In this document: positions 18,448 to 28,214 of the stretch, in pieces
Layout: each line of letters opens with the position of its first letter
Position numbering within the stretch: position 1 is the first letter of the stretch
Origin: an uncultured Limnobacter sp.
GTDB taxonomy: Bacteria > Pseudomonadota > Gammaproteobacteria > Burkholderiales > Burkholderiaceae_E
DNA length: 32,970 nucleotides
NCBI GenBank assembly: GCA_964641405.1
Contig: CAZXLV010000003.1
Location: forward strand, 1-32,970
Reading direction: 5' to 3'
The notes under the pieces: generated by a model
Databases searched by the model: none
What the model was told of the DNA's origin: nothing
The model's input: the letters and a program-made list of their open reading frames with translations, nothing else
Position numbers and translations under genes: made by a program

Positions 18448-20256
18448 ATGGTGGCTTCGCTGCTGCTCGCCGCTACCCTGCTGCTGGCTGCAGCGGCCGC
18501 ACTGTGCTGGCCGGCGCCGGCACTGGCGGCGTATGCCCTGGCCTGGGGCGATACGCCGAAGTACCCGCCTGGCTTCGACCATTTCGACTACGTGAATCCC
18601 GATGCGCCCAGGGGCGGCACGCTGAACCTGCCAGGCTACGGTTCGTTCGACAAGCTCAATCCGTTCACGCTGCGCGGCATGGCCGCCGATGGTCTGGCCA
18701 CGCTGATGTTCGAGACCCTTGCCGTGGCCAGCGAGGATGAGCCGTTTTCGATGTACGGCTTGCTGGCCGACGACATGGACTTCGCGGCCGATGGCCTGTC
18801 GATCACCTTCCACCTGAATCCGGCAGCGCGCTTCTGGAACGGCGATCCGGTCACAGCCGAGGATGTCAGGTTTTCGTTCGAGGCGCTCACCGGACGCCTG
18901 GCGCACCCGCGCTTTCGCCAGTATTTCGGCGACGTCGCGCGCGTGGTGGTGGTCGACGCAGGCACCGTGCGCTTCGAGTTTCGCCGCCGCAATCACGAAC
19001 TGCACATGATCATCGGACTGCAACTGCCGGTGTTCTCGCACAAGTGGGGCGCCGGGCAGGCATTCGACCGCGTGGTGCAGGACGAGCCGATCACCAGCGG
19101 CCCGTACCGGATCGAGCGCTTCGACTGGGGCAAGACGATCTCGTTCCGGCGCAATCCGCACTACTGGGCACGCGAGCTGAACGTGCGCCGCGGCATGTTC
19201 AACTTCGATCGCGTCGTCTACAAGTACTTCAAGGACGAGACGGCTCGCCTGGAGGGTTTCAAGGCGGGCGAATTCGACTGGGTGCTCGAGAACTCGGCGA
19301 AGAACTGGGCGCGCGGCCACGTCGGGCGCCGCTACGACTCGGGCGAAATCGTCAAGGAGCAGTTCGCCCACTCCAATTCCGCCGGCATGCAGGGTTTCGT
19401 GCTCAACACGCGGCGAGCGCTGTTCACCGATGTGCGGGTGCGCCACGCGCTGGCCCTGGCGATGGACTTCGAGTGGATGAACCGGCAGGTGTTCTACGGG
19501 CAGTACGTGCGCAGCCCGAGCTATTTCACCAACAGCGAGATGGAGGCGAGGGGCTTGCCCTCGCCGGCCGAACTGGCGCTGCTCGAGCCGTATCGCGCCC
19601 GGCTCGATCCGCTCGTATTCGGTCCGGCCATCCTGCCGCCGCGCACCGATCCGCCGTCGAGCCTGCGCCAGAACCTCAGGCGCGCGCTCGAATTGCTTGC
19701 GCAGGCTGGCTGGAACGTCGATGGCGAAGGCGTGCTGCGCGACGCGTCGGGGCGTGCCTTCGAGTTCGAGATCCTGAGCTATTCCAGCGGCCTGGAACGC
19801 ATTGCCGTGCCCTGGGTGCGCAACCTCGAAAAACTCGGCATCGCCGCGCGCCTGCGGGTCACCGACCCGGCGCTGTACCAGAAGCGCATGGACGAATTCG
19901 ACTTCGACGTGGCCGTCCAGTTGCTGGCGGCGAGCCAGACGCCAGGCAACGAGTTGCTCGAACGCTTCACCTCGGCTGCCGCCGGCGTCAATGGGTCCGA
20001 CAACCTGGCCGGCGTGCGCGATCCGGTAGTCGATGCGCTGGTGCAGACGCTGTTGCGCAGCCACACGCGAGCCGAACTGGTGGCGACGGCGCGTGCCCTC
20101 GACCGCGTCCTGCGTGCCGGCTGGTACCTGGTGCCGCACTTCCATGCGCCGACCCACCGGGTCGCCTGGCGCAGCCGCCTCGCGCATCCGGCGCACCTGC
20201 CGCTGTACTACGCAGCCGAAACCTGGCTGCTCGAGACCTGGTGGGAGAAGCCCTGA
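18448..20256 (+). CDS. yejA: Peptide ABC transporter substrate-binding protein (YejA/microcin C family)
   Basis: Signal peptide, then GDTPKYPPGFDHFDYVNPDAPRGG, FDKLNPFTLRG, DEPFSMYGLLA, GMQGFVLNTRR and ALDRVL. Start at ATG 18448 or 18358. Confidence 0.9.
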   Translation: MVASLLLAATLLLAAAAALCWPAPALAAYALAWGDTPKYPPGFDHFDYVNPDAPRGGTLNLPGYGSFDKLNPFTLRGMAADGLATLMFETLAVASEDEPFSMYGLLADDMDFAADGLSITFHLNPAARFWNGDPVTAEDVRFSFEALTGRLAHPRFRQYFGDVARVVVVDAGTVRFEFRRRNHELHMIIGLQLPVFSHKWGAGQAFDRVVQDEPITSGPYRIERFDWGKTISFRRNPHYWARELNVRRGMFNFDRVVYKYFKDETARLEGFKAGEFDWVLENSAKNWARGHVGRRYDSGEIVKEQFAHSNSAGMQGFVLNTRRALFTDVRVRHALALAMDFEWMNRQVFYGQYVRSPSYFTNSEMEARGLPSPAELALLEPYRARLDPLVFGPAILPPRTDPPSSLRQNLRRALELLAQAGWNVDGEGVLRDASGRAFEFEILSYSSGLERIAVPWVRNLEKLGIAARLRVTDPALYQKRMDEFDFDVAVQLLAASQTPGNELLERFTSAAAGVNGSDNLAGVRDPVVDALVQTLLRSHTRAELVATARALDRVLRAGWYLVPHFHAPTHRVAWRSRLAHPAHLPLYYAAETWLLETWWEKP

Positions 20257-21302
20257 TGGCCGCTTACGTCGCCAAGCGCCTGCTGCTGATGATCCCGACG
20301 CTGATCGGGATCCTGCTGGTGTCCTTCGTCATCATCCAGTTCGTGCCGGGCGGGCCGGTCGAGCAACTGGTGCGCGAGTTGCGCGGCGGCGGACTCGGTG
20401 GCGAGGTCGCCACGACCGGTGGCGTGTATCGGGGCGCGCAGGGTGTCGAGCCCGAGCAGATCGCCGAATTCCGCAAGATGTACGGCTTCGACCGGCCGGC
20501 GCCCGAACGCTTCCTCGAAATGCTGCGCCGCTACGCGGTGTTCGACCTGGGCAGCAGCTACCAGCATCACAAGGGCGTCTGGGCGCTGATGCTCGAGAAG
20601 CTGCCGGTGTCGATCAGTCTCGGGATCTGGAGCTTCCTCATCGTCTACCTGGTGTCGATTCCGCTCGGCATTGCCAAGGCGGTACGCCACGGCAGCCGCT
20701 TCGACCTGTGGACCTCGATGGCGATCCTCGCCGGCTATGCGATCCCGGGCTTCGTACTCGGCGTGCTGCTGCTGGTGCTGTTCGGCGGGGGCAGTTTCTG
20801 GCAGGTCTTCCCCTTGCGCGGGCTCACCTCGGACGACTTCGCCGGGCTGTCGCCGGTCGGCAAGGTGCTCGATTACTTCTGGCACCTGGCGATGCCGCTG
20901 GCCTGCCTGACCGTCGGCAGCTTCGCGGTCACCACGATGCTGACCAAGAACACCTTCCTCGAGGAGATCCGCAAGCAGTACGTGCTTGCGGCGCGGGCCA
21001 AGGGCGCCAGCGAGCAACGCGTGTTCTACCGGCACGTGTTCCGCAACGCGATGATCCCGCTGGTGACCGCGTTTCCGGCCGCCTTCGTCGGTGCCTTCTT
21101 CACCGGATCGCTGCTCATCGAGACGCTGTTCTCGCTCGACGGCCTCGGCCTGCTGTCGTACGAGGCGGTGATCCGGCGCGACTACCCGGTGGTGCTCGGC
21201 ACACTCTACGTTTTCTCGCTGCTGGGCCTGCTCACCAAACTGGTCACCGACCTCGCCTACACCTGGGTCGATCCGCGCGTGAAATTCGGGACCAGCGGCT
21301 GA
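20256..21302 (+). CDS. yejB: Peptide ABC transporter permease YejB
   Basis: MAAYVAKRLLLMIPTLIGI..FVPGGPVE, EAA-like loop QYVLAARAKG, RDYPVVLG and WVDPRVKF; TGATG coupling. Confidence 0.92.
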   Translation: MAAYVAKRLLLMIPTLIGILLVSFVIIQFVPGGPVEQLVRELRGGGLGGEVATTGGVYRGAQGVEPEQIAEFRKMYGFDRPAPERFLEMLRRYAVFDLGSSYQHHKGVWALMLEKLPVSISLGIWSFLIVYLVSIPLGIAKAVRHGSRFDLWTSMAILAGYAIPGFVLGVLLLVLFGGGSFWQVFPLRGLTSDDFAGLSPVGKVLDYFWHLAMPLACLTVGSFAVTTMLTKNTFLEEIRKQYVLAARAKGASEQRVFYRHVFRNAMIPLVTAFPAAFVGAFFTGSLLIETLFSLDGLGLLSYEAVIRRDYPVVLGTLYVFSLLGLLTKLVTDLAYTWVDPRVKFGTSG

Positions 21303-22333
21303 TGGCTGCCCGTGCCTCGCTGTCCCCCGGGCGGCGCGCCTGGTTGCGCTTTCGCGCCAACCGCCGCGGTTACTGGTGCCTGTGGATCTTTCTGGCGGTG
21401 TTCGGTGTGAGCATGCTGGCCGAAGTGCTGTCCAATGACCGGCCGATCGTCGTGCGCTACGAGGACCACTGGTACTGGCCGCTGTGGCGCTACTACCCGG
21501 AGACCACATTCGGTGGCGATTTCCGCACCGCCACCGACTATCTCGATCCGTTCATCCGCGAGCGCCTCTCGAAGGGTTCCAACTGGGTGTTGTATCCGCC
21601 GAATCCGTACCGCTTCGACACCATCAACTATTTCGCTCCCAGCCCCAACCCGGCGCCACCTTCGCGCGTCAACCTGCTGGGCACCGACGATCGCGGCCGC
21701 GACGTGCTGGCGCGCCTGCTGTACGGCTTTCGCATCTCGGTGCTGTTCGGGCTGGCGCTCACCTCCATTGGCGTGGCTGCGGGCATTGCCGCCGGCGCCG
21801 TCCAGGGCTACTTCGGCGGGCGCATCGACCTGGCGTTCCAGCGCCTGATCGAGGTGTGGGGCTCGATTCCCGAGTTGTACCTGCTGCTGATCCTCGCCTC
21901 GATCTTCGAACCGAGCATCTGGATCCTGCTCGCGATCCTGTCGGTGTTCGGGTGGATCGGCCTGTCCGACTATGTGCGCGCCGAGTTCCTGCGCAACCGC
22001 CAGTTGGAATACGTAACCGCCGCGCGTGCGCTCGGCCTGTCGAGCCTGCAGATCATCCGCCGCCACGTGCTGCCGAATTCGCTCACCCCGGTGATTGCCT
22101 TCCTGCCGTTTCGCATGAGCGCGGCCATCGTGGCGCTCACCAGCCTCGATTTCCTGGGGCTCGGCGTGCCCTCGTCCACGCCGAGCCTGGGCGAGTTGCT
22201 GGCCCAGGGCAAGTCCAATCTCGACGCATGGTGGATTTCGCTGGGCACCTTCGGGGTGCTGGTCGGCACGCTGATGCTGCTGATCTTCATCGGCGAGGCG
22301 CTGCGCGACGCACTCGATACGAGGCGGGGCTGA
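21302..22333 (+). CDS. yejE: Peptide ABC transporter permease YejE
   Basis: RFRANRRGYW, YPETTFGGDF, LLGTDDRGRDVLARLLYGFRIS and EYVTAARALG. Confidence 0.92.
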   Translation: MAARASLSPGRRAWLRFRANRRGYWCLWIFLAVFGVSMLAEVLSNDRPIVVRYEDHWYWPLWRYYPETTFGGDFRTATDYLDPFIRERLSKGSNWVLYPPNPYRFDTINYFAPSPNPAPPSRVNLLGTDDRGRDVLARLLYGFRISVLFGLALTSIGVAAGIAAGAVQGYFGGRIDLAFQRLIEVWGSIPELYLLLILASIFEPSIWILLAILSVFGWIGLSDYVRAEFLRNRQLEYVTAARALGLSSLQIIRRHVLPNSLTPVIAFLPFRMSAAIVALTSLDFLGLGVPSSTPSLGELLAQGKSNLDAWWISLGTFGVLVGTLMLLIFIGEALRDALDTRRG

Positions 22334-23956
22334 ATGGACGCGCGTCCCGACGGCGAGGAGCGCGGCGCGTCACTGCTGGCAATCGATGCGCTGACGGTCG
22401 ACTTCAGCACCGCCAGCGGCAGCGCGCGCGTGGTCGACGGCATCGACTTGCGGATCGGCCACGGCGAGAAGTTCGCCCTGGTCGGCGAGTCGGGGTCGGG
22501 CAAGACGGTGACCGCCTTGTCGCTGCTGCGCCTGAATGCCGATGCCCGCTACGGCGGGCGCATCGAGTTCGCGGGCCGCGACCTGCTGGCCTGCCCGGAG
22601 CGCGAGATGCGCGGCGTGCGCGGGCGCGAGATCGCCATGATCTTCCAGGAGCCGATGACGGCGCTCAATCCGCTGTATCCGATCGGCGTGCAGATCTGCG
22701 AGGCGATCGAACTGCATGAGGGCCTGACGCGCTCGCAGGCCGCACGCCGCGCCGTCGAGTTGCTCTCGCGCACGCAGGTGCCCGAGCCGCAGCGGCGCTT
22801 CGGCAGCTTTCCGCACCAGCTCTCGGGCGGGCAGCGTCAACGGGCGATGATCGCGATGGCGCTGGCCTGCAGGCCGAAGCTGCTGATTGCCGACGAACCC
22901 ACCACCGCGCTCGACGTCACCATCCAGCGCCAGATCGCCAAGCTGCTCGACGAATTGCAGCGCGAGACCGGAATGTCGGTGTTGCTGATCACGCACGACC
23001 TGCCCCTGGTGCGCTCGTTTGCCGATCGGCTGGCGGTGATGAAGGACGGACGCATCGTGGAGCAGGGTGCCACCGGTGCGGTGTTCGCCGATCCGCGCGA
23101 CGACTACACCCGCCTGTTGATCGAGAGCCGGCCGAGCCGATCGCTGCTGCAGCCCGCCGGCGATGCCGAGCCGCTGCTCGCGGCGCGTGCCGTGCGCTGC
23201 ACTTTCCGGATTTCGCGCGGCTGGTTCGCGACGCGCCATTTCGATGCGGTGCGCGATGTCGACCTGCAATTGGTGCGTGGACAGACCCTGGGGCTGGTCG
23301 GCGAATCCGGATCGGGCAAGAGCACGCTCGGGCTGAGCCTGCTGCGCCTGAGCCAGGGCGCGACCGAAGGCGAGATCAGCTTCCGGGGCCGGCGCATCGA
23401 CACGCTGCGCCAGCGCGCGCTGAGACCGCTGCGCCGCCACATGCAGATCGTGTTCCAGGATCCGTACAACTCGCTGTCGCCGCGGCGTACCGTGCTGCAG
23501 ATCGTCGGGGAGGGGCTCGCCCTGCACCAACCCGGAATGTCCAGCGGCGCGCGCCGTGACGCGGTGGTGGCAATGCTCGAGGAGGTCGGGCTGGGCGCAT
23601 CGATCCTGGAGCGCTATCCGCACGAGTTCTCGGGTGGGCAGCGCCAGCGGATCTCGATCGCGCGCGCCGCGGTGCTGCGGCCGGAGCTGATCGTGCTCGA
23701 CGAGCCGACCTCGGCGCTCGATGTGTCGGTACAGCAGCAGGTGCTGCAACTGCTGGCAGGCTTGCAGCGTCGCCATGGCCTGGCCTACCTGTTCATCACC
23801 CATGACCTGGCGGTGATTCGCGCGATGGCGCACCAGGTCGTTGTCATGAAGGACGGGCGCATCGTGGAGACGGGTGAGACCGAGGCCCTGTTTGCAGCCC
23901 CACGCGAGGCCTATACGCGCGAGTTGCTGGCTGCGGTGCTGCCCACGGCCGCTTGA
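22334..23956 (+). CDS. yejF: Peptide ABC transporter dual-domain ATP-binding protein YejF
   Basis: Two NBDs: GESGSGKT..FPHQLSGGQRQR..DEPTTALD and GESGSGKS..YPHEFSGGQRQR..DEPTSALD. Confidence 0.92.
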   Translation: MDARPDGEERGASLLAIDALTVDFSTASGSARVVDGIDLRIGHGEKFALVGESGSGKTVTALSLLRLNADARYGGRIEFAGRDLLACPEREMRGVRGREIAMIFQEPMTALNPLYPIGVQICEAIELHEGLTRSQAARRAVELLSRTQVPEPQRRFGSFPHQLSGGQRQRAMIAMALACRPKLLIADEPTTALDVTIQRQIAKLLDELQRETGMSVLLITHDLPLVRSFADRLAVMKDGRIVEQGATGAVFADPRDDYTRLLIESRPSRSLLQPAGDAEPLLAARAVRCTFRISRGWFATRHFDAVRDVDLQLVRGQTLGLVGESGSGKSTLGLSLLRLSQGATEGEISFRGRRIDTLRQRALRPLRRHMQIVFQDPYNSLSPRRTVLQIVGEGLALHQPGMSSGARRDAVVAMLEEVGLGASILERYPHEFSGGQRQRISIARAAVLRPELIVLDEPTSALDVSVQQQVLQLLAGLQRRHGLAYLFITHDLAVIRAMAHQVVVMKDGRIVETGETEALFAAPREAYTRELLAAVLPTAA

Positions 23957-23992
23957 GTCACGGGTTGCGGGCCCGGACCGGTGCGCGCCGTC

Positions 23993-25825
23993 TCAGGTGC
24001 GCTTGGCGGCCTTGCCGGGTCGCGCCCCGGGCGTCCCGGCCCGCAGTGCGCCGCTTCGCTGCGGGCTGCGCGGCGCAGCGACCGGGCTGGCTGCAGCAGC
24101 CTTGCTGGTGCGGTGAACCTGCCGGGCCGCCTTGGGCGCCGCCTGGGCGGTCCTGGCCTTCGACCTGGCGTGTGAGCGGGATTTTGCTGCTCGTGCGGGA
24201 TGCTTGCCCGCGCGTGCGGCGGGGCGCGCGGCTTCGGGGGTGGCGACCGGCGCAGGCGCCGCTTCGCGACGCAGGACCGCATGCATGAGGCGCGGTTCTC
24301 CGGTCTGCGGCCGCACCACGCGGCGATCGCCGTTTTCGGTGGTCAGCACGGTCTGCGAGCTGGCCTGGCGCACCAGCAGGGTGGCGCCGGCGTGGGTGCC
24401 CTTGCCGAGCCTGTTCCAGGCGCGCAATTGCGCGACCGAGGTGCCATAGCGGCGTGCGATCGATGCCAGCGTTTCGCGGCGCCCGACCTTGTGGTAGACG
24501 GCCGGCCGCTCCACCAGTTCGTACACGCGCGGCGCAGCGAAGTCTTCGACGCGGCTCTCGTCCTCGATGCGCCTTTGCGGAGCGAGGATGCGTGTCCCGG
24601 GCAGGATGTGCTGCCCCAGGCGCAAGTCGTTGGCGCTGCGCAACTCGGCCAGGGCCACGCCGCCGCGCTGCGCCAGCGTCTCGAGCGTCTCGCCCGGGCC
24701 GATCGTGTGCGGCTGCCAGGTTGCAAAGGCCCGGTTGGCCTGTCCGTGACGTTCGACAGCGTCCAGGAACTCGTCGAGCCGGTCGGCCGGCAGCTTGATC
24801 TGGTTGTTGCGGCTGGCCGCGATGACGGGGCGGTTGTGCGCGGGATTGAGGGCGACGAATTCATCCACCGTCATGCCGGCGAAACCGGCGGCAAGCTTGA
24901 GATCGATCGGGCGAGTCTTCTCGATCGTCACGAAATAGGGCCGGTTGGGCAACTCGGGCAGCGCCACGCCGAGTTCGTTCGCGCGCAGCAGGATGTTCTT
25001 CAGCGCCAGCAATTTCGGCACGTAGTTGCGCGTCTCGGCGGGCATCTTCAGCGACAGGTAGCCGGTGGGCAATCCGCGCGCGGCATTGCGCCGTATCGCG
25101 CGCCCGACCGCGCCTTCCCCCCAGTTGTACGACGCAAGCGCAAGGAACCAGTCGTTGCCGTGCATTGCGTGGATCTTCTGCAGGTAGTCGAGGGCGGCGT
25201 CGGTGGACTTGACCACGTCGCGTCGATTGTCGACCCACCAGTCCTGGCGCAGGTTGTAGGCGCGTCCTGTCGACGGAATGAATTGCCACAGGCCGGACGC
25301 CTGCGCGTGCGAGAGGGCGGTCGGGTTCATCGCGCTCTCCACGAAGGGCAGCAGCGCCAGTTCGGTGGGCATGCCGCGCTTTTCGATCTCCTCGACGATG
25401 TGGAACAGGTAGCGGCTGCCACGCGAAAACATGCGTTGCAGGTAGTCAGGGCGCTGCAGGTAGAAGCGCTCCTTCTCGGCGACCAGCGGACTGTTCAGCG
25501 TCGGCATCGCGAAGCCCGCGCGGATGCGATCCCAGAGATCACCTTCGAGCGCGGCCGGTTCGGCGGGCCGCCCGCTGGGGGCGGGCAGGTCAGCCAGCGG
25601 ATCGACCGTGGCGGGCTTCGCCTCGATCGGTGGGTCCACTCTGGCCGGTGTGACGTCGCTCGCTGGCAGGGTCGGTTGCTGTGCCACCGGTGCATTCACG
25701 GTGGAGCAACCGGCTGCCACCAGCAGCACGGCCAGCGAGCCCGAGAGCCGACGCAGGACGCGCCCTGGTCGCGCATCGCGAATGAGGGGAGCGGCAATCC
25801 GCGCAATATCGATAAACTGCGACAA
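23993..25825 (-). CDS. mltD: Membrane-bound lytic murein transglycosylase D (SLT plus LysM domains)
   Basis: Lipobox VAAG-C, DLWDRIRAGF, catalytic LPFVES, GLWQFIPSTG, ALASYNWGEG, ETRNYVPKL and LysM repeats; TTG start. Confidence 0.93.
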   Translation of the reverse strand: MSQFIDIARIAAPLIRDARPGRVLRRLSGSLAVLLVAAGCSTVNAPVAQQPTLPASDVTPARVDPPIEAKPATVDPLADLPAPSGRPAEPAALEGDLWDRIRAGFAMPTLNSPLVAEKERFYLQRPDYLQRMFSRGSRYLFHIVEEIEKRGMPTELALLPFVESAMNPTALSHAQASGLWQFIPSTGRAYNLRQDWWVDNRRDVVKSTDAALDYLQKIHAMHGNDWFLALASYNWGEGAVGRAIRRNAARGLPTGYLSLKMPAETRNYVPKLLALKNILLRANELGVALPELPNRPYFVTIEKTRPIDLKLAAGFAGMTVDEFVALNPAHNRPVIAASRNNQIKLPADRLDEFLDAVERHGQANRAFATWQPHTIGPGETLETLAQRGGVALAELRSANDLRLGQHILPGTRILAPQRRIEDESRVEDFAAPRVYELVERPAVYHKVGRRETLASIARRYGTSVAQLRAWNRLGKGTHAGATLLVRQASSQTVLTTENGDRRVVRPQTGEPRLMHAVLRREAAPAPVATPEAARPAARAGKHPARAAKSRSHARSKARTAQAAPKAARQVHRTSKAAAASPVAAPRSPQRSGALRAGTPGARPGKAAKRT

Positions 25826-25866
25826 GGAAGCCCCCTGACTCCATGATCTACCGCGGCAAGTCGCGA

Positions 25867-25895
25867 ATGCTACGGAACCGGGTTGGCATCGTCAA
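25867..25895 (-). promoter_or_regulatory. Sigma70-type promoter of mltD: TTGACG-N17-TAGCAT
   Basis: Minus strand has -35 TTGACG (25895-25890), exactly 17 nt of spacer, and -10 TAGCAT (25872-25867), about 40 nt upstream of the mltD start. Confidence 0.7.
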
Positions 25896-26089
25896 GGAAC
25901 GATGACAAGAAACGATGAGATATGCGAGGCGAGTGCTGCGATCGCCTCGATCCTTGCATGGCCGCAACGGCTTGCGCCATGCCTGCCGCGTAGCGGCGGC
26001 GCAGTGGGGACGAGTGGTGCCGGCATCGCGCGCGAGGCGGATCGAGCCGGACTGGACCGACGTAGAATACCTTCGCGAGGCAACAGGGC

Positions 26090-26890
26090 ATGAATCTGGG
26101 CGAACCGGCGCTGCTGAGCGCCATCGATTCGCAGCGAAACGGGCGCCCCGGCTGGCGCGCCTGGCTGGCGTCGCCGCCCGGGCGATACGCATTGGCCTGG
26201 GAACAGACCCAGTTCGACCTGGCGGTGCCTGACCTCTTCGGCTCGCACGCGCTGCAATGCGGCTTGCCGGAACTCGACGCGCTGCGCGACAACCGGATGC
26301 CGCACCGCATCCATGCGAGCGAGCCCAGCGATCTGTTGCCGCAGAACACGGCGCATCTCGTGCTGGATCACTTCGAGGAGTTGCCGATTGCCTCCCAGAC
26401 GCTGGACCTGGTGGTGCTGCCGCATGTCCTCGAGTTTGCTGCCGACCCGCACCAGGTCTTGCGCGAGGTCGACCGCGTGCTGCGCCCGGAGGGCAGGGTG
26501 ATCGTCTCCGGCTTCAACCCGATCAGCCTGTGGGGCGCTCGCCAGGGATTCGGGCGTGCGATTTCGAGTCGCCTGTTCCTGCCGAGGCAAGGTCAGTTCA
26601 TTGCGATGCCGCGCCTGCGCGACTGGTTCAAGCTGCTTGGCTTCGAGATGGAGCGCGGCCGCTACGGGTGCTATCGGCCACCGTGCCGCACCCAGAAGTG
26701 GCTCGATCGCACGCGCTTCATGGAATCCGCCGGTGATCGCTGGTGGCCGATCTGCGGAGCGGTCTACGTGGTCTCGGGGATCAAGCGCGTGCACGGCATG
26801 CGGCTGATCGGCCCGGCCTGGCGCGCGCCGCGCGCCAGGCGCCACCGGGTGGCCGCGGTTTCGCCGCATTGCCGCTCGCGTCCGCGCTGA
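26090..26890 (+). CDS. Class I SAM-dependent methyltransferase (YafS-like, Methyltransf_11)
   Basis: FGSHALQCG, LPIASQTLDLVVLPHVLEF..PHQVLREVDRVLRPEG..GFNPISLWG; usual neighbour of mltD/rnhA; TAGAAT at 26063-26068 upstream. Confidence 0.9.
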   Translation: MNLGEPALLSAIDSQRNGRPGWRAWLASPPGRYALAWEQTQFDLAVPDLFGSHALQCGLPELDALRDNRMPHRIHASEPSDLLPQNTAHLVLDHFEELPIASQTLDLVVLPHVLEFAADPHQVLREVDRVLRPEGRVIVSGFNPISLWGARQGFGRAISSRLFLPRQGQFIAMPRLRDWFKLLGFEMERGRYGCYRPPCRTQKWLDRTRFMESAGDRWWPICGAVYVVSGIKRVHGMRLIGPAWRAPRARRHRVAAVSPHCRSRPR

Positions 26891-26900
26891 GCGCCGCTTC

Positions 26901-28121
26901 TCAGCAATCGCGGTACATGTACTCGCGCGACAGCGGCAGCGGGCTGTGTGCGCCGGCCTGGTCCATGTTCGGCTTGATCACCAGCAACTGGTAGAGGTTG
27001 ACCCAGCCCTGCGCGAAGGCGTGCGCGCAGCCGGCGAGGTAGACGCGCCAGATGCGTGCGCGCTTGTCGCCGGCCAGCGCGACCATGCGATCGAGATTGG
27101 CCTCGAAGGCTGCCGACCAGAACTGCAGCGTCTTCGCATAGTGGCGGCGCAATGACTCGCCATCGACCAGTTCCAGGCCGGCAGCGGAAAGCTCGCGGAT
27201 CGCCAGCGAGACGTGCGGCAGTTCGCCGTCCGGGAACACGTACTGGTCGATGAAGTCGCCGGCGCCCAGTCCCACCGAGCGGCTGTCGGCGTCGCTCGAG
27301 GTGATGCCGTGGTTCATCGCCACGCCGCCGGGCTTCAGGTGCCGGTGGATCACGTCGAAGTAGCCGCGCAGGTTCTTCATTCCGACGTGCTCGAACATGC
27401 CGATGGAGGAAATGCGATCGAAATTCTCCTCGCCCGGGATGTCGCGGTAATCCTGCAGGCGGATTTCGACGCGATCTTCCAGGCCTGCCTCGCGCACGCG
27501 CTGGCGCGCCAGTTCGTACTGGTTGGTCGACAAGGTGACGCCGACCGCGTTCACGCCGTAGTGGCTGGCGGCATGGATCGCCATCGCGCCCCAGCCGCAG
27601 CCGATGTCGAGCAGTTGCTGCCCTGGTGCCAGCATCAGCTTGCGGCAGATGTGGTCGAGCTTGTTCACCTGTGCGCCGGCCAGGTCCTCGTCGCCGCTGC
27701 GGAAGTAGGCGCAGGAATAGACCATGCGCGGATCGAGCCAGGCCTGGTAGAACTCGTTGGAGACGTCGTAGTGGTATTCGATCGCCTTGCGGTCGGTCTT
27801 GCGGGTATGCCGCGCGAACCACGGCGAGGGGCGCCCACGCCCCTTGTCTTCATCGCCGAGGCGCGAGAGTTGCTCGGCGATGGTCACGATCTCGCCGATG
27901 TCGCCATCGACGTCGATATGGCCCTCGACGAAGGCCTCGCCGAGCGAGGACAGGGATGGCTTGAGGAGATGGCGCGCCGCCGACAGATCCTTGAGGTGCA
28001 GGCGCACGCGCGGATGGTCCCCGAGCGTGATCGAGGATCCATCCCACAGCCGGACGTCCAGCGGCAGCGGGTGGCGCGCGCGCAAGGCTTCGAGGTGCCT
28101 CGTGACCTGTTTCTCCAGCAT
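26901..28121 (-). CDS. cfa: Cyclopropane-fatty-acyl-phospholipid synthase family methyltransferase
   Basis: ATG 28121 after GGAG; [57 protein letters not shown] and HYAKTL. Confidence 0.93.
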   Translation of the reverse strand: MLEKQVTRHLEALRARHPLPLDVRLWDGSSITLGDHPRVRLHLKDLSAARHLLKPSLSSLGEAFVEGHIDVDGDIGEIVTIAEQLSRLGDEDKGRGRPSPWFARHTRKTDRKAIEYHYDVSNEFYQAWLDPRMVYSCAYFRSGDEDLAGAQVNKLDHICRKLMLAPGQQLLDIGCGWGAMAIHAASHYGVNAVGVTLSTNQYELARQRVREAGLEDRVEIRLQDYRDIPGEENFDRISSIGMFEHVGMKNLRGYFDVIHRHLKPGGVAMNHGITSSDADSRSVGLGAGDFIDQYVFPDGELPHVSLAIRELSAAGLELVDGESLRRHYAKTLQFWSAAFEANLDRMVALAGDKRARIWRVYLAGCAHAFAQGWVNLYQLLVIKPNMDQAGAHSPLPLSREYMYRDC

Positions 28122-28214
28122 CCGTTCTCCTCCGGTACGGGGTTGAATGTCCCCCATTACAATGCCTTCCCGGTCCGGCTGCAACCGCACGCCGGGCGGC
28201 CTGCGAGGAAACCC

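Noticed and set aside
26886-26905. GCTGAG/CTCAGC inverted repeat at the yafS/cfa convergence
   Set aside because: Only 6 bp, largely produced by the two opposing TGA stops, with no U-tract; not a supportable terminator.
28143-28163. TTGAAT and TACAAT upstream of rnhA as a -35/-10 pair
   Set aside because: The spacer is only 9 nt. TACAAT alone may be a -10, but the pair is not a valid sigma70 promoter.
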